A stretch of DNA of 64,000 bases from an uncultured bacterium (GTDB lineage: Bacteria; Patescibacteriota; Minisyncoccia; Phycocordibacterales; Phycocordibacteraceae), in contig CAIJZI010000006.1 in assembly GCA_903825105.1 (NCBI GenBank), positions 87,368 through 151,367 of the forward strand, written 5' to 3'. The notes under the pieces were generated by a model. That model ran no database searches. It was not told where the DNA came from and saw only the letters and a list, made by a program, of their open reading frames with translations. Position numbers and translations under genes: made by a program. Shown one piece after another: positions 26,577-35,990 of the stretch (position 1 is the stretch's first letter; each line of letters begins with the position of its first letter).

Positions 26577-27146
26577 ATGAAAAAGAAGATTTTGATTCTC
26601 GTTTTTCTGCTGATAGCCTTCGTAGCCGTCTGCGTATACTTCATGCCGCCAGCGGCTGGGCAAATGGGTAACGAGAGGCGCATCATCGATCTCGGCGCGA
26701 AGCCCTCGATCCCGAATGGCTGGACGATTGCGAAGCACCAGAAGAGCGAACTGCTTTGGTGGGACGCTTCTCTGGTCAATCTATATCTTTCCGGTTCACA
26801 ACAAATGACCGGGGATGTTGATGCCCAAAAGCTTCGCAAGGAGCTTAAGAAGCAGAAGGTCCTGAACGCAACAATCCTGGATTTTTTGCTTCAGAATAAA
26901 AAGCTCATCCCAAAATCATGGGAGAAAATTACCAGCAAAGGACGGTCTCCCGAGGAACAGATAAAACGAATCTGCTTTTGGGGAACACTGTATTGGGACG
27001 GCACTGGGAACCTGTCTGTGCGCTGTATGTATTTTGACACCCGTGTTGAGCCTAGCGTAGCTGAATGGCGTTCGGAGGCTGTGCAGATCTCTCGTGCAAG
27101 ATTCGGAGTGAACGATCTCGTAGCAGTTATGCGAGTCGAAAAATGA
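26577..27146 (+). CDS. secreted/membrane-anchored hypothetical protein
   Basis: AAGGAG RBS 7 nt upstream of ATG 26577; N-terminal signal/TM (KKKILILVFLLIAFVAVCVYF). Confidence 0.55.
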   Translation: MKKKILILVFLLIAFVAVCVYFMPPAAGQMGNERRIIDLGAKPSIPNGWTIAKHQKSELLWWDASLVNLYLSGSQQMTGDVDAQKLRKELKKQKVLNATILDFLLQNKKLIPKSWEKITSKGRSPEEQIKRICFWGTLYWDGTGNLSVRCMYFDTRVEPSVAEWRSEAVQISRARFGVNDLVAVMRVEK

Positions 27147-27156
27147 TTCGCCCTTT

Positions 27157-27190
27157 AAGGCTCCGCCACGCGCGGAGCCTTTTTATTTCT
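27157..27190. terminator. bidirectional rho-independent terminator
   Basis: ggctccgc-cacg-cgcggagcc then T-run; A-run on the other side; overlaps the murF stop. Confidence 0.75.
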
Positions 27191-28454
27191 GCTTCCACTT
27201 CTTTTCTTGGCGAACGAGTCTTGATGCATCATTGTGATTTGCGAGCAGCTTTTCTACAATCCTTTCTGTACGAATTGACTGCGAACCTTTTACAAGAATA
27301 ATATCACCATCAGAAATAAGAGAGGGTAATGCTTCTGCAGCAGATCGCGAATTATCATACATCAAAACATTCACATTTTTTGGCGCGGTCGCGAAGACGC
27401 GTGCGCGAATCCCCACCGTGACGATTACCTCTACCGCGTCGCCGATTATTTTAGCGATGCGCTCGTGTTCGATAATTGAATAACGCCCCAGCTCGAGCAT
27501 ATCGCCCAAAACAGCGATCCTGCGGCCAGTACAGGGCAGAGATTTCAGTGTGGCGAGCGCTTTTTCTACCGCTACCGGCGAAGCATTATATGAGTCGTCG
27601 ATAATGACAGAATTATTTTTACCCGCTAGAATACGCCCGCGCCCTGCGGGTGGCTCGTATTCCTTAAGCGCCTCAACCGCTTCGGCAAAAGAAATGCCAA
27701 ATGAAGTGGCTGCCGCTACTGCAGCCGAGACAGGCAGGAGCTGCACAGAACCGACCGATCCATTTACATAAACTCTAGAATGTTCACCGTTCACATTTAT
27801 CTCGCCGCTCATCCCCGCGATTTTTTCTTCTCGCGAATAAAAACTCACCTCATCGAGACGCGCATTAGCGTTAGGCGTCATGCCATACGAGATGATGCGT
27901 GCGGGCGTGCGCAGAGCATTTTCTTGTGCATACTCATCGTCACTCGGGATAATAAGCGGGGCGTCAGCGGGAAGCGCAAATGCGGGAGAAAACTCTTCTT
28001 CTCGTACTGCTTCTGGTGAGGCATACGCTTCGACATGAACCGATATTTCGGGGAGTCGCGTGACGATGACCATATCTGGCGTCGCGATTTTAAGAATTCT
28101 CGCGAGATCGCCCGGCTTGTCAGCGCCCACTTCGAGTACGATTAAATTGGGATAATGATTTGGCAGGACGAGAAGTGCGAAAGCACTTTTCATTAAAGAT
28201 AACCATGCGAGTGGATTACGCCACGGGCTCCCCACACCGAGAATGGTAAAAGGGACACCGAATTCACTATTAAAACTTTTTTCACTTTTCCTGACCAAGA
28301 AGCGCGCCGAGAGCGCTGCTGCGACCGCGTCCTTCGTCGAAGTCTTCCCTACCGAGCCCGTCACCATCACGATGCGCGGGTGATAGCGCTTAACAACAGC
28401 GCGCGCGATAAGACCGAGATTGAAGGCGACTATTGTTTTAAAAAAGTTTTTCAT
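27183..28454 (-). CDS. murF: UDP-N-acetylmuramoyl-tripeptide--D-alanyl-D-alanine ligase
   Basis: Mur ligase P-loop (VTGSVGKTSTKD); DDSYNASP MurF motif; start taken at MKNFFK (28454) to remove overlap with ftsI. Confidence 0.75.
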   Translation of the reverse strand: MKNFFKTIVAFNLGLIARAVVKRYHPRIVMVTGSVGKTSTKDAVAAALSARFLVRKSEKSFNSEFGVPFTILGVGSPWRNPLAWLSLMKSAFALLVLPNHYPNLIVLEVGADKPGDLARILKIATPDMVIVTRLPEISVHVEAYASPEAVREEEFSPAFALPADAPLIIPSDDEYAQENALRTPARIISYGMTPNANARLDEVSFYSREEKIAGMSGEINVNGEHSRVYVNGSVGSVQLLPVSAAVAAATSFGISFAEAVEALKEYEPPAGRGRILAGKNNSVIIDDSYNASPVAVEKALATLKSLPCTGRRIAVLGDMLELGRYSIIEHERIAKIIGDAVEVIVTVGIRARVFATAPKNVNVLMYDNSRSAAEALPSLISDGDIILVKGSQSIRTERIVEKLLANHNDASRLVRQEKKWKQK

Positions 28455-28464
28455 AATGATTTTG

Positions 28465-30234
28465 TTATCTCGAATTTGTCGAGGTAGCTTGTGGTGAAGG
28501 ATCCAAGCGCGCGACGCCTCTGTCTGGCGGTACTGCATAATAATTGATTAAAAAGTGCACAAGGTCAAGAAATGTCGCGTCGAGCGTTTCTGAAGCGTAC
28601 TTCACCCCTTTTGGATCCTGGGTGTAGAGAAGAATGATGAAGCGCGGATTATATGATGGGAAAAATCCTATAAATGAATGGAAAAATTTATCATCATAGT
28701 ATCCACCTTGCCCATTGGTGAGCTGTGCCGTTCCGGTCTTCGCGGCTACCGACATCGTCTCGATCTTCGCCTTTCCGTCATAGAGCGGTCCGTCATCGAG
28801 CGCGTCCATCATCGTTATCGTTTCGCGTGTCGATGTCGCAGAAAAAACCTGCACTTTCTGACTCCACTCTAATTGCTTCGTAATGCCAGAATCGAGTCGT
28901 ATCGCACTCACCAAATGGGGCTGTACCATAAATCCACCATTCGCTATAGCCCCGAGTGCACGGATCATCTGCATCGGCGTTACCGCGATACCCTGCCCGA
29001 AAGACATATTGTCATAATAAACTTGCTCTGACTTCGAAAGGTTCCCGGTCATTCCACCACTCTCGCTCGGCAGATCAACGCCAGTCTTTTGGCCAAATAA
29101 TTTTGTAAAATAATCGTGGAATTTTTCTTGTCCCAACTGTGTGGCGACATAAGAAGCGCCAACATTGAGCGACTGCACAATGATCTGCTGCATGGGAATA
29201 ACACCACGAGCTTTATGATCCCAGTTACAGATTTTTGCCTTATTTACCACGAAACAGCCCGTGTCATTATAGGTCGTCTCTGGAGTAATCACGCCAGAAT
29301 CAAGCCCGGAGGTCATCGTGAGCGGCTTCATAATCGAACCGAATTCGTGAATCTGTTCTACCAGCGGGTTGCCAAGGAGCGACGGATCGGCATTCTTTAA
29401 ATCATTACCGTCATATGCCGGGTAGTTCGTGAGAGCGATAATCTCTCCAGTGTAGGGGTCCATTATGATACCGCCGGATTCTCTACTCGAATATTTTTGA
29501 TTTACCTTTGCGATATCATTTTCGAGTCTCGTCTGTACTTCAGGCTCAATAGTCGTCACAACATCGCCTTCTCGCGCATCACGCGCAGAGACGAGAAGAT
29601 TGCCTACATTAGAAAATAATTCTGCGAAGAAATTTTTATATAGAGAATCGCCCGAGCGCGAGAGCGCTTCATTATAGACATCTTCAATACCCGTTTGGCC
29701 GGTAAGGGTGTCGCCTGATCCGTACGAGACTATCCCTATCGATTGAGACGCGAGTGTCCCCCCAGGGTAATAGCGCCACCTTTCTTTCAATACTTGAATC
29801 CCTTTGATTTGTAACGCCGACAGAGATTTGCCTTCATCACTTGTTAAGTGGTGCGCGACTTCGATATATACCTGACTCTTTTTCCCTGCCGCTGTAATAA
29901 AAGCATCGTGACTAAGCGAGAGCGAAGATGACGCAATAGAATTTATCACCGAGAAAGCATCTTCTGGATTACCAAGTGTTTGTGGATTTATTGCGACAAG
30001 GAATCCGTCGGCGAGCGCTGCGGCTGAAATAAGCGTTCCGTCTTTTCGCGTAAAATAAATTGACCCTCGATCAAAAAGTCCGCTACTGCCCGAGGCAAAT
30101 TGTTGATCCGCTTTTTGTGAGTAGTCATCTCCATGCACAATCTGCACAAAATAAAGTCGCGCGACAATAAGTAACGACGCGAGAACGATACCAGCGAGAA
30201 TAATACGAATACGAATACGAAATTGTGCACGCAT
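28465..30234 (-). CDS. ftsI: penicillin-binding protein (transpeptidase), FtsI-like
   Basis: N-terminal TM, SxxK (GSIMKP), SxN, KTGTAQ; located downstream of ftsL. Confidence 0.85.
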   Translation of the reverse strand: MRAQFRIRIRIILAGIVLASLLIVARLYFVQIVHGDDYSQKADQQFASGSSGLFDRGSIYFTRKDGTLISAAALADGFLVAINPQTLGNPEDAFSVINSIASSSLSLSHDAFITAAGKKSQVYIEVAHHLTSDEGKSLSALQIKGIQVLKERWRYYPGGTLASQSIGIVSYGSGDTLTGQTGIEDVYNEALSRSGDSLYKNFFAELFSNVGNLLVSARDAREGDVVTTIEPEVQTRLENDIAKVNQKYSSRESGGIIMDPYTGEIIALTNYPAYDGNDLKNADPSLLGNPLVEQIHEFGSIMKPLTMTSGLDSGVITPETTYNDTGCFVVNKAKICNWDHKARGVIPMQQIIVQSLNVGASYVATQLGQEKFHDYFTKLFGQKTGVDLPSESGGMTGNLSKSEQVYYDNMSFGQGIAVTPMQMIRALGAIANGGFMVQPHLVSAIRLDSGITKQLEWSQKVQVFSATSTRETITMMDALDDGPLYDGKAKIETMSVAAKTGTAQLTNGQGGYYDDKFFHSFIGFFPSYNPRFIILLYTQDPKGVKYASETLDATFLDLVHFLINYYAVPPDRGVARLDPSPQATSTNSR

Positions 30235-30238
30235 TGGA

Positions 30239-30532
30239 TTAGCGAAGTGCTGTCACACTCTTGGCGGGGACAAATACCTGCGCGACGGGTTGCTCATACC
30301 CTGCTAAAGCAGGGTTGGTGTTGGTGATTTGATTTACTGATGCGAGATACTGTGATTCAAGCTTCGCGACAACTGCCTCATCATTTTTTACCGATTGTGA
30401 AAAGGAAACGGTGAGCGCCGCATAATTCATCACCACAGCGATGAGGCAGATATACGAGAGACCGAGAACGGCGACGAGTCCAAAACAAATGGTTGGCAAT
30501 GAAGACCATGTGCGAGAAATAAAATTATGCAT
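30239..30532 (-). CDS. ftsL: cell division protein FtsL-like (single-pass membrane protein)
   Basis: 97 aa, one TM, position between rsmH and ftsI. Confidence 0.55.
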   Translation of the reverse strand: MHNFISRTWSSLPTICFGLVAVLGLSYICLIAVVMNYAALTVSFSQSVKNDEAVVAKLESQYLASVNQITNTNPALAGYEQPVAQVFVPAKSVTALR

Positions 30533-31451
30533 AAAATATTCTTAATTTAGCGCTTCGCGCGCGGCGGTTTCTAATAATCTCACTTCGAGTCGGCACGACT
30601 ATTTTCTTTACTTCTGCCGTCTCTGACTCACGCGCGGCATCGCGTAACATATTTTTAACGATTCTGTCTTCGATGCTGTGGAATGAAATGACTGCGAGAC
30701 GCCCGTTTGGAGACAACGCACCGATCGCTGAAGTTAATCCTTCGCGGAGAGCGCCAATCTCATCGTTTACCGCGATGCGCAGAGCCTGAAAGGTCTTCGT
30801 CGCGGGGTTAATCTTTCTATTGTGATACCAGCTTGGTGTACCCGCGAGAATCGCGGCAACAAGCGCGCTTGTGGTGAGAATACGCTCCTTCCCGCGCGCT
30901 TCTACAATCGCGCGCGCGATACCACGCGAAAATCGCTCTTCGCCGTAGGTAAAAATCACATCGGCGAGCTCTTCTTCTGAATATGAATTCACGATATCTG
31001 CAGCTGTCTCTCCTTCTCCACTCCCCGCTTCTGAATAATTCATCAGGAGCGGCTCGTCATTCTGGAAAGAAAAGCCTCGAGGACTCGCTATTTGATAACC
31101 ACTCCAGCCGAGATCAAAAAGAATTTTGTCCACACGACCGATGTCGAGCCGTTCGAGAATACGCGACAAGTTTCTGAAATTGTCGTTTACCAAGTGCGCG
31201 ACTGGTCGGTCAGACCTGCGATCGCTCGCATACACTTCGCGCCCGCGCTCGACAGCCGCCGGATCAGCATCGATTCCGATCAACACCCCTCCACCGCCAA
31301 GTTTCTCGAGCATCGTTTTGAAATGTCCGGCGCCACCGAGGGTAGCATCAACAACCGTGTCGCTCGGTTGTATATCAAGTGCCTCGAGCACTTCATTCAC
31401 CAAGACACTCTCGTGTAGCGATTTTTCTTCGATGATTTTTTCGTCAGACAT
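30525..31451 (-). CDS. rsmH: 16S rRNA (cytosine1402-N4)-methyltransferase RsmH/MraW
   Basis: VDATLGGAGH SAM-binding motif; start taken at MSDEK (31451), 1 nt after the mraZ stop. Confidence 0.85.
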   Translation of the reverse strand: MSDEKIIEEKSLHESVLVNEVLEALDIQPSDTVVDATLGGAGHFKTMLEKLGGGGVLIGIDADPAAVERGREVYASDRRSDRPVAHLVNDNFRNLSRILERLDIGRVDKILFDLGWSGYQIASPRGFSFQNDEPLLMNYSEAGSGEGETAADIVNSYSEEELADVIFTYGEERFSRGIARAIVEARGKERILTTSALVAAILAGTPSWYHNRKINPATKTFQALRIAVNDEIGALREGLTSAIGALSPNGRLAVISFHSIEDRIVKNMLRDAARESETAEVKKIVVPTRSEIIRNRRARSAKLRIFYA

Positions 31452-31452
31452 A

Positions 31453-31875
31453 TTATTCGCCAATCTTTTCTGCGAACGCTTCAGCGTCGCGCTCAATTGC
31501 TTCGGTATATTTCTTCCACGCAGCCTCTTCCCAGACTTCAACACGATCAGCAACACCAGCAATCACCGCTTTTTCTCCAATTGAAGCAAAGGATTTTAGA
31601 TTTTCTGGAATCAGCACGCGACCAGACTGATCCACCTCTGCTTCAAATGAGCCAGCAAGAAAAAGGCGCGCCAACCCGCGGCGCGCAGCACTCCCATTTA
31701 CTTCTGTTGCATAAACCTTTGCCTGTTTCTCCCACTCCTTTCGCGAATAGATGTACAAACAGTGATCGAGCCCGCGCGTCACCACGACGACACGACCGAG
31801 TTCCTTTCGAAATTTCGATGGAATCGAGACTCTGTTTTTTGGATCAAATGTGTGTAGGTATTCGCCGAGGAACAT
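31453..31875 (-). CDS. mraZ: transcriptional regulator MraZ
   Basis: MFLGEYLHTFDPKNRVSIPSKFR conserved MraZ N-terminus, duplicated SpoVT/AbrB-like halves. Confidence 0.9.
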   Translation of the reverse strand: MFLGEYLHTFDPKNRVSIPSKFRKELGRVVVVTRGLDHCLYIYSRKEWEKQAKVYATEVNGSAARRGLARLFLAGSFEAEVDQSGRVLIPENLKSFASIGEKAVIAGVADRVEVWEEAAWKKYTEAIERDAEAFAEKIGE

Positions 31876-32100
31876 GAGTGTTTGGTGAGAAAAATGAGGA
31901 AATAGGCCACCATTCCGACTTCCTGCTTTATCCCACCTGAATTGAATTATATGCCACTCTGCCCCACTTCCCTAGTTTAGTTATCCACACCACTTCGCGT
32001 TGTCGAGTACGCCAACGCTTCGCGGTGCACGCACAACGATTTGATTTTTATATAGATAAGTACTATTGTTCCTCTCGGAAGTGTTACGGAAGGAGCTTCT

Positions 32101-32325
32101 ATGTCATTCGCAAGAAAAATTAACGCTCTTAACGCAAGGCGCAAACGTCGTGCCGCCAACAAAACAAAGACGCACATCGACAATTCTTCCCTCCCGGCAG
32201 GTTCACCAATGTACTTTTATTGCACTGATTGCGATGGGCAGATCGTAGTCCCCGAAGATTACGCCACTCGCCCGAAGCTCTGTAGAGAGTGCCAGGAAAT
32301 GAAAGATCTTGGGTGGATAAAATGA
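32101..32325 (+). CDS. small zinc-ribbon protein
   Basis: 74 aa; CTDCDG...CREC; GGAAGGAG RBS. Confidence 0.5.
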   Translation: MSFARKINALNARRKRRAANKTKTHIDNSSLPAGSPMYFYCTDCDGQIVVPEDYATRPKLCRECQEMKDLGWIK

Positions 32326-32433
32326 CAAGTGCCCGTCTGAACAAAAAACAGGCGGGCATTTCCTTATCTTGATAAATACTCAATAACTTGGAAGTCCAAT
32401 TTTTAAATTGGTTTACAAGCTATCCACACCTCA

Positions 32434-32461
32434 TTGCAAATTCATTTGACGCGGGTATAAT
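32434..32461 (+). promoter_or_regulatory. sigma-70-like promoter TTGCAA-16-TATAAT
   Basis: Near-consensus hexamers with a 16-nt spacer. Confidence 0.55.
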
Positions 32462-32467
32462 AGTGGT

Positions 32468-32560
32468 GTGTCCGTGGGCGCAAGCCTATTTCGGATAAGG
32501 AATTCCAAAGCCGAGACGGGCACATCAAAACACCTCACTCTTCTAGGAGTGGGGTTTTTT
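32468..32560 (+). ncRNA. candidate small RNA (about 93 nt), class unknown
   Basis: Promoter just upstream; terminator cctcactc-ttctag-gagtgggg then TTTTTT; internal GCAA tetraloop hairpin; 5'/3' helix gtgtccgt/acgggcac. Confidence 0.4.
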
Positions 32561-32981
32561 GATTTTCGCCCAATTTCATAACGCTCCAAAAATGAATGTG
32601 TTCTCCGCCAACAACTCTTCTTAAAACAACACGAACTCTGGTATTCTTTTTACCAACAATAGATTCTACTGTCCAATATTCCATTTCTTTTAAAACTATC
32701 TTTCTGGAGCCGCCGAGTGGCGCAATTCTCCGTTCATATTTTTTAACAACAGTCGCTTCGTGTATAGCTGGGCGCACGAGCGGGAGGAGCCCGAGTTTGT
32801 ACATTGCTTCTTTTGGATTCCTCGGCGTGTTGTCTATCTTAAAACGCAAATGGTTGAATCCTTGCATATTGAAATAAATGTATTCACGCACCGCAATACA
32901 ATAGATTGGGAGCCATTTTTTATAATCATCGCGGCGTTCGTTTAACAAACTGAGAAATCTTTTCGCCATAGCGATAATCAC
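32535..32981 (-). CDS. hypothetical protein (weak KEAxxK similarity to AcpS-type phosphopantetheinyl transferases)
   Basis: 148-aa ORF whose start overlaps the lysS stop; RNPKEAMYKLG motif only. Confidence 0.35.
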   Translation of the reverse strand: MIIAMAKRFLSLLNERRDDYKKWLPIYCIAVREYIYFNMQGFNHLRFKIDNTPRNPKEAMYKLGLLPLVRPAIHEATVVKKYERRIAPLGGSRKIVLKEMEYWTVESIVGKKNTRVRVVLRRVVGGEHIHFWSVMKLGENQKTPLLEE

Positions 32982-34453
32982 TATCTCGGACGCATCAGCG
33001 GAAAGATTTGTGCTTCGCGCACGGAGACACCTTCGAGGAAGCTAAAGAGTCGTTCGGAGACGCCAAAGCCGAACGCTGGCGGCATGCCGTATTCAAGCGC
33101 TTCGACGAATTCGCCGTCTGCCATCTGCGCCTCGTCGTCACCCGCCTCGCGAAGCTCCTGTTGATGCATAAAGCGCTCTTGTTGATCGACAGGATCATTT
33201 AATTCACTAAAGCCTTTACCCACTTCAGAACCAGCGATCATCACCTGGAATCGCTCGACGACACGAGGGTCTTTTATACTCTTCTTCGCGAGTGGCTCCA
33301 TATAGACCGGCACATTGATCAAGAATCCTGGGCCTTGAAGCGTCTTTCTGATCTGCTTCCATGCGGTATCAACCAAGCGTTCTTTATTGCTGTCTTTTTC
33401 GAATGGAATTTCTTTTTCAGCAAGCACTTTTGACCAATCGGCATTTTCATCAAGCGGATCACTCCCATATTCTTTTTGCATCAATTCGCAGAAGTCATAG
33501 CGTTCCCATTCTTTATCAAAATCAATTTCAAAATCTTTAATTTTAAATACGCGCGTGCCGTACACCTTATCAGCGATGGTGCGATAGAGATCTCTAATCA
33601 TCTCCATTCCCGCTTCATAATCTTTAAAAGATTCATAGAACTCAACCTGCGTGTAGTCCTGGAGATGTTCTGCCGACATTCCTTCATTTCTAAATATTCT
33701 GCCAATTTCAAAAACCTTCGGGAGGCCCGCGACCATTAAGCGCTTCTGCCAGAGCTCTCCCGCCGAGATGCGCAGGTAGACATCGATATCGAGTGCGTTG
33801 TGATGCGTCTCAAATGGACGCGCGTCGGCGCCACCGGTCGTCGTCTCGAGAACCGGCGTTTCTACTTCAATAAAATCTCGTTCGAGAAGATAGGAGCGAA
33901 TCGCATTCCAAAACGCTGATCGACGGCGAATGCGATCAGGAAAATCTTTTGAAAGCAGGATGTCGAGATAGCGCTTTCTAAATCTCTCGTCTTCATCTTT
34001 AATCCCGTACCACTCGTCGGGTAGCGGGCGAAGCGACTTGGCGAGCATCCGCCAACTACTCACGCTTAAAGAAGGCATCCCGCGCTGCGTTTTAAAAGCG
34101 AGTCCAGACAATTCGATAATATCGCCGATATCAACCGTCGCGACAAAAAGATCGTAGACAGAATCTCCAAGCTTGTCGCGTTGTAGGAAGCACTGGCCCT
34201 TGGTCCCGTCAAAAAGATCAAGAAAGAGTGACCCGCCGTGTTCGCGTATCGACATCACACGCCCTGCGAGCGCGACTTCTTCGCTATTCTTCTCAAGCGT
34301 TTCGTGATTTTCTAAAAATTCTTTTACTGAATGCGTCCGCCCTGTTCGTGCAGGATACGCTTCCATTCCCTCCTCTTTCATGCGAGCTATCTTCGCGAGT
34401 CGCTCCGCGCGCACGGTATCAAGTAAAGCCATATGCTCACTAGTATACAACAA
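32981..34453 (-). CDS. lysS: lysyl-tRNA synthetase, class II
   Basis: OB-fold N-domain; class II motifs (FRNEGMSAEHLQDYTQVEFY; GGADARPF). Confidence 0.9.
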   Translation of the reverse strand: MLYTSEHMALLDTVRAERLAKIARMKEEGMEAYPARTGRTHSVKEFLENHETLEKNSEEVALAGRVMSIREHGGSLFLDLFDGTKGQCFLQRDKLGDSVYDLFVATVDIGDIIELSGLAFKTQRGMPSLSVSSWRMLAKSLRPLPDEWYGIKDEDERFRKRYLDILLSKDFPDRIRRRSAFWNAIRSYLLERDFIEVETPVLETTTGGADARPFETHHNALDIDVYLRISAGELWQKRLMVAGLPKVFEIGRIFRNEGMSAEHLQDYTQVEFYESFKDYEAGMEMIRDLYRTIADKVYGTRVFKIKDFEIDFDKEWERYDFCELMQKEYGSDPLDENADWSKVLAEKEIPFEKDSNKERLVDTAWKQIRKTLQGPGFLINVPVYMEPLAKKSIKDPRVVERFQVMIAGSEVGKGFSELNDPVDQQERFMHQQELREAGDDEAQMADGEFVEALEYGMPPAFGFGVSERLFSFLEGVSVREAQIFPLMRPR

Positions 34454-34455
34454 TT

Positions 34456-34932
34456 TTAATCCACCTTTTCTATTGAATAGGTCTGCTTCCCTGCTGGAGT
34501 TTCGAAGGAGAAGACATCACCCTTTTTCTTCCCCATAAGAGCGGCGCCGAGGGGCGACATATGTGACAATTTCTTTATACGCATATCAGCTTCTTCGCTC
34601 CCAACAATCGTGTATTCGTGCACCTCTGCCCCGCCATCTTTTTTAATAGAAACTTTCGAACCGAAGCCGACTTCATCCTTCTTCTTGCCGTCCGTGAGGA
34701 TCTTCGTATTTTTTATTAAATCTTCGAGCTTCTTGACGCGCTCTTCGGTCGCTGCTTGTAGATCGCGCGCTTCTTGATATTCTGCATTTTCAGAAAGGTC
34801 GCCGAGCGAGCGAGCGTATTCGAGATTCTTCGCGATTTCTGTGCGTCGCACGGTTTTTAAATGTTCCAACTCTTTTACCATATCATCGAACTTTTCTTGT
34901 GATACGAAAATATCTTGTGCATCAGTCATAGT
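34456..34932 (-). CDS. greA: transcription elongation factor GreA
   Basis: N-terminal coiled coil with DLSENAEY and a C-terminal FKBP-like domain; start taken at MTDAQD. Confidence 0.85.
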   Translation of the reverse strand, partial: TMTDAQDIFVSQEKFDDMVKELEHLKTVRRTEIAKNLEYARSLGDLSENAEYQEARDLQAATEERVKKLEDLIKNTKILTDGKKKDEVGFGSKVSIKKDGGAEVHEYTIVGSEEADMRIKKLSHMSPLGAALMGKKKGDVFSFETPAGKQTYSIEKVD

Positions 34933-35057
34933 GATTGCATTGTACGCGAGCACAAGTATTGCGCAAGCATAAAATTGAGAAATTGCCTTTTTTATAAAAA
35001 AGAGTAGAATAAATTTCGGAAAAATGCTCTGGAATAACAACAGAAAGGAAGGTCAAA

Positions 35058-35990
35058 ATGTCAGAAGAAAACGGGGTGTTGGTTCCAATCAAAATTGAGG
35101 AGACTTCAGAGGCACAAAAATATTTGATGCTCCTGCTGAACGAGCAAGTGTTTGAGCTTTTTCGGCAAGATGATGTCTTACTACGTCCATCAGCGGAGAT
35201 GAACCGGCATGATCTCTGGGAAAACCTGAAAATCGTTCGAACAAACCCAACAGCTCATGTCGGATATTGGCTTGGAGCCTCAGTTAAAGCTCAGGCATCA
35301 AATACTGGCCACTTTTGGCTCAACGTCCATATGACGGTCTGGCCCTCTGATGGCAACAAGATGGTCTTTCTCACGCCAAACCAAACACACTGGATTTGCG
35401 ATCGTTTGAAGACGAATCCTCTATTGAAGGAAATTCTCACCACTTACGTCTCCAGTGTTGTCGTCAGTCTCCGAAATGGGCTTGACCGTCTTCAAAAGGA
35501 TATCGATGACGGCAATTTCTGGGAGGACAGGAGCAAGCACAACGGAGTCTTCGATGTGGCGTCACGCGAGAATCCCTATCGGGGTTGGTATACCAGCTGG
35601 GACGCTTTCCTTGAAAATGTCTGCCCTCCGCCGCCGTGGCTAACACCAGGTCCTAATCTGCAGTATCAGTGGGATCGGATTAAGATGATCGGCGGAAAAA
35701 GGTTAGATGAAAAATTTCGCAAACAGTGGGTCTGGCGTAAGCTGAGGCCCACTTTCATTACTGTCCAACATACGACGAACTTTCTGCATGGAGAGAATCA
35801 AAAAGTTGTTGCATCACGTTCACTGATTGTTCGCCAGCACCTTGCGGCCCACGCTCGAGCACCACAGCGAAGGCGTATTGAGGCTTGTCATATGGGAAAA
35901 ATCCTTCAACCCACGAGTTGTCATACTGATTATGCGTGCCGGTCTGCGCGGTGCCCGTTTTCGCCGCGACAGAAACATATGGCAAATTAA
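35058..35990 (+). CDS. hypothetical Trp-rich protein, atypical codon usage; 3' end uncertain
   Basis: Long ORF with lower GC and different codon preference; the last about 230 nt are antisense to mrdA. Confidence 0.4.
   Translation: MSEENGVLVPIKIEETSEAQKYLMLLLNEQVFELFRQDDVLLRPSAEMNRHDLWENLKIVRTNPTAHVGYWLGASVKAQASNTGHFWLNVHMTVWPSDGNKMVFLTPNQTHWICDRLKTNPLLKEILTTYVSSVVVSLRNGLDRLQKDIDDGNFWEDRSKHNGVFDVASRENPYRGWYTSWDAFLENVCPPPPWLTPGPNLQYQWDRIKMIGGKRLDEKFRKQWVWRKLRPTFITVQHTTNFLHGENQKVVASRSLIVRQHLAAHARAPQRRRIEACHMGKILQPTSCHTDYACRSARCPFSPRQKHMAN

Noticed and set aside
32468-32560. SRP RNA (4.5S) assignment for the 93-nt sRNA candidate
   Set aside because: The length and hairpin shape fit. The conserved domain IV elements, a GGAA tetraloop closing helix 8 and AGCAGCCAAGG-like strands, are not present.
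32535-32981. Confident AcpS (holo-ACP synthase) annotation for the 148-aa protein after lysS
   Set aside because: Only the KEAxxK-like block matches. The N-terminal Mg-binding GxD..E region of phosphopantetheinyl transferases is absent, so it is left as hypothetical.
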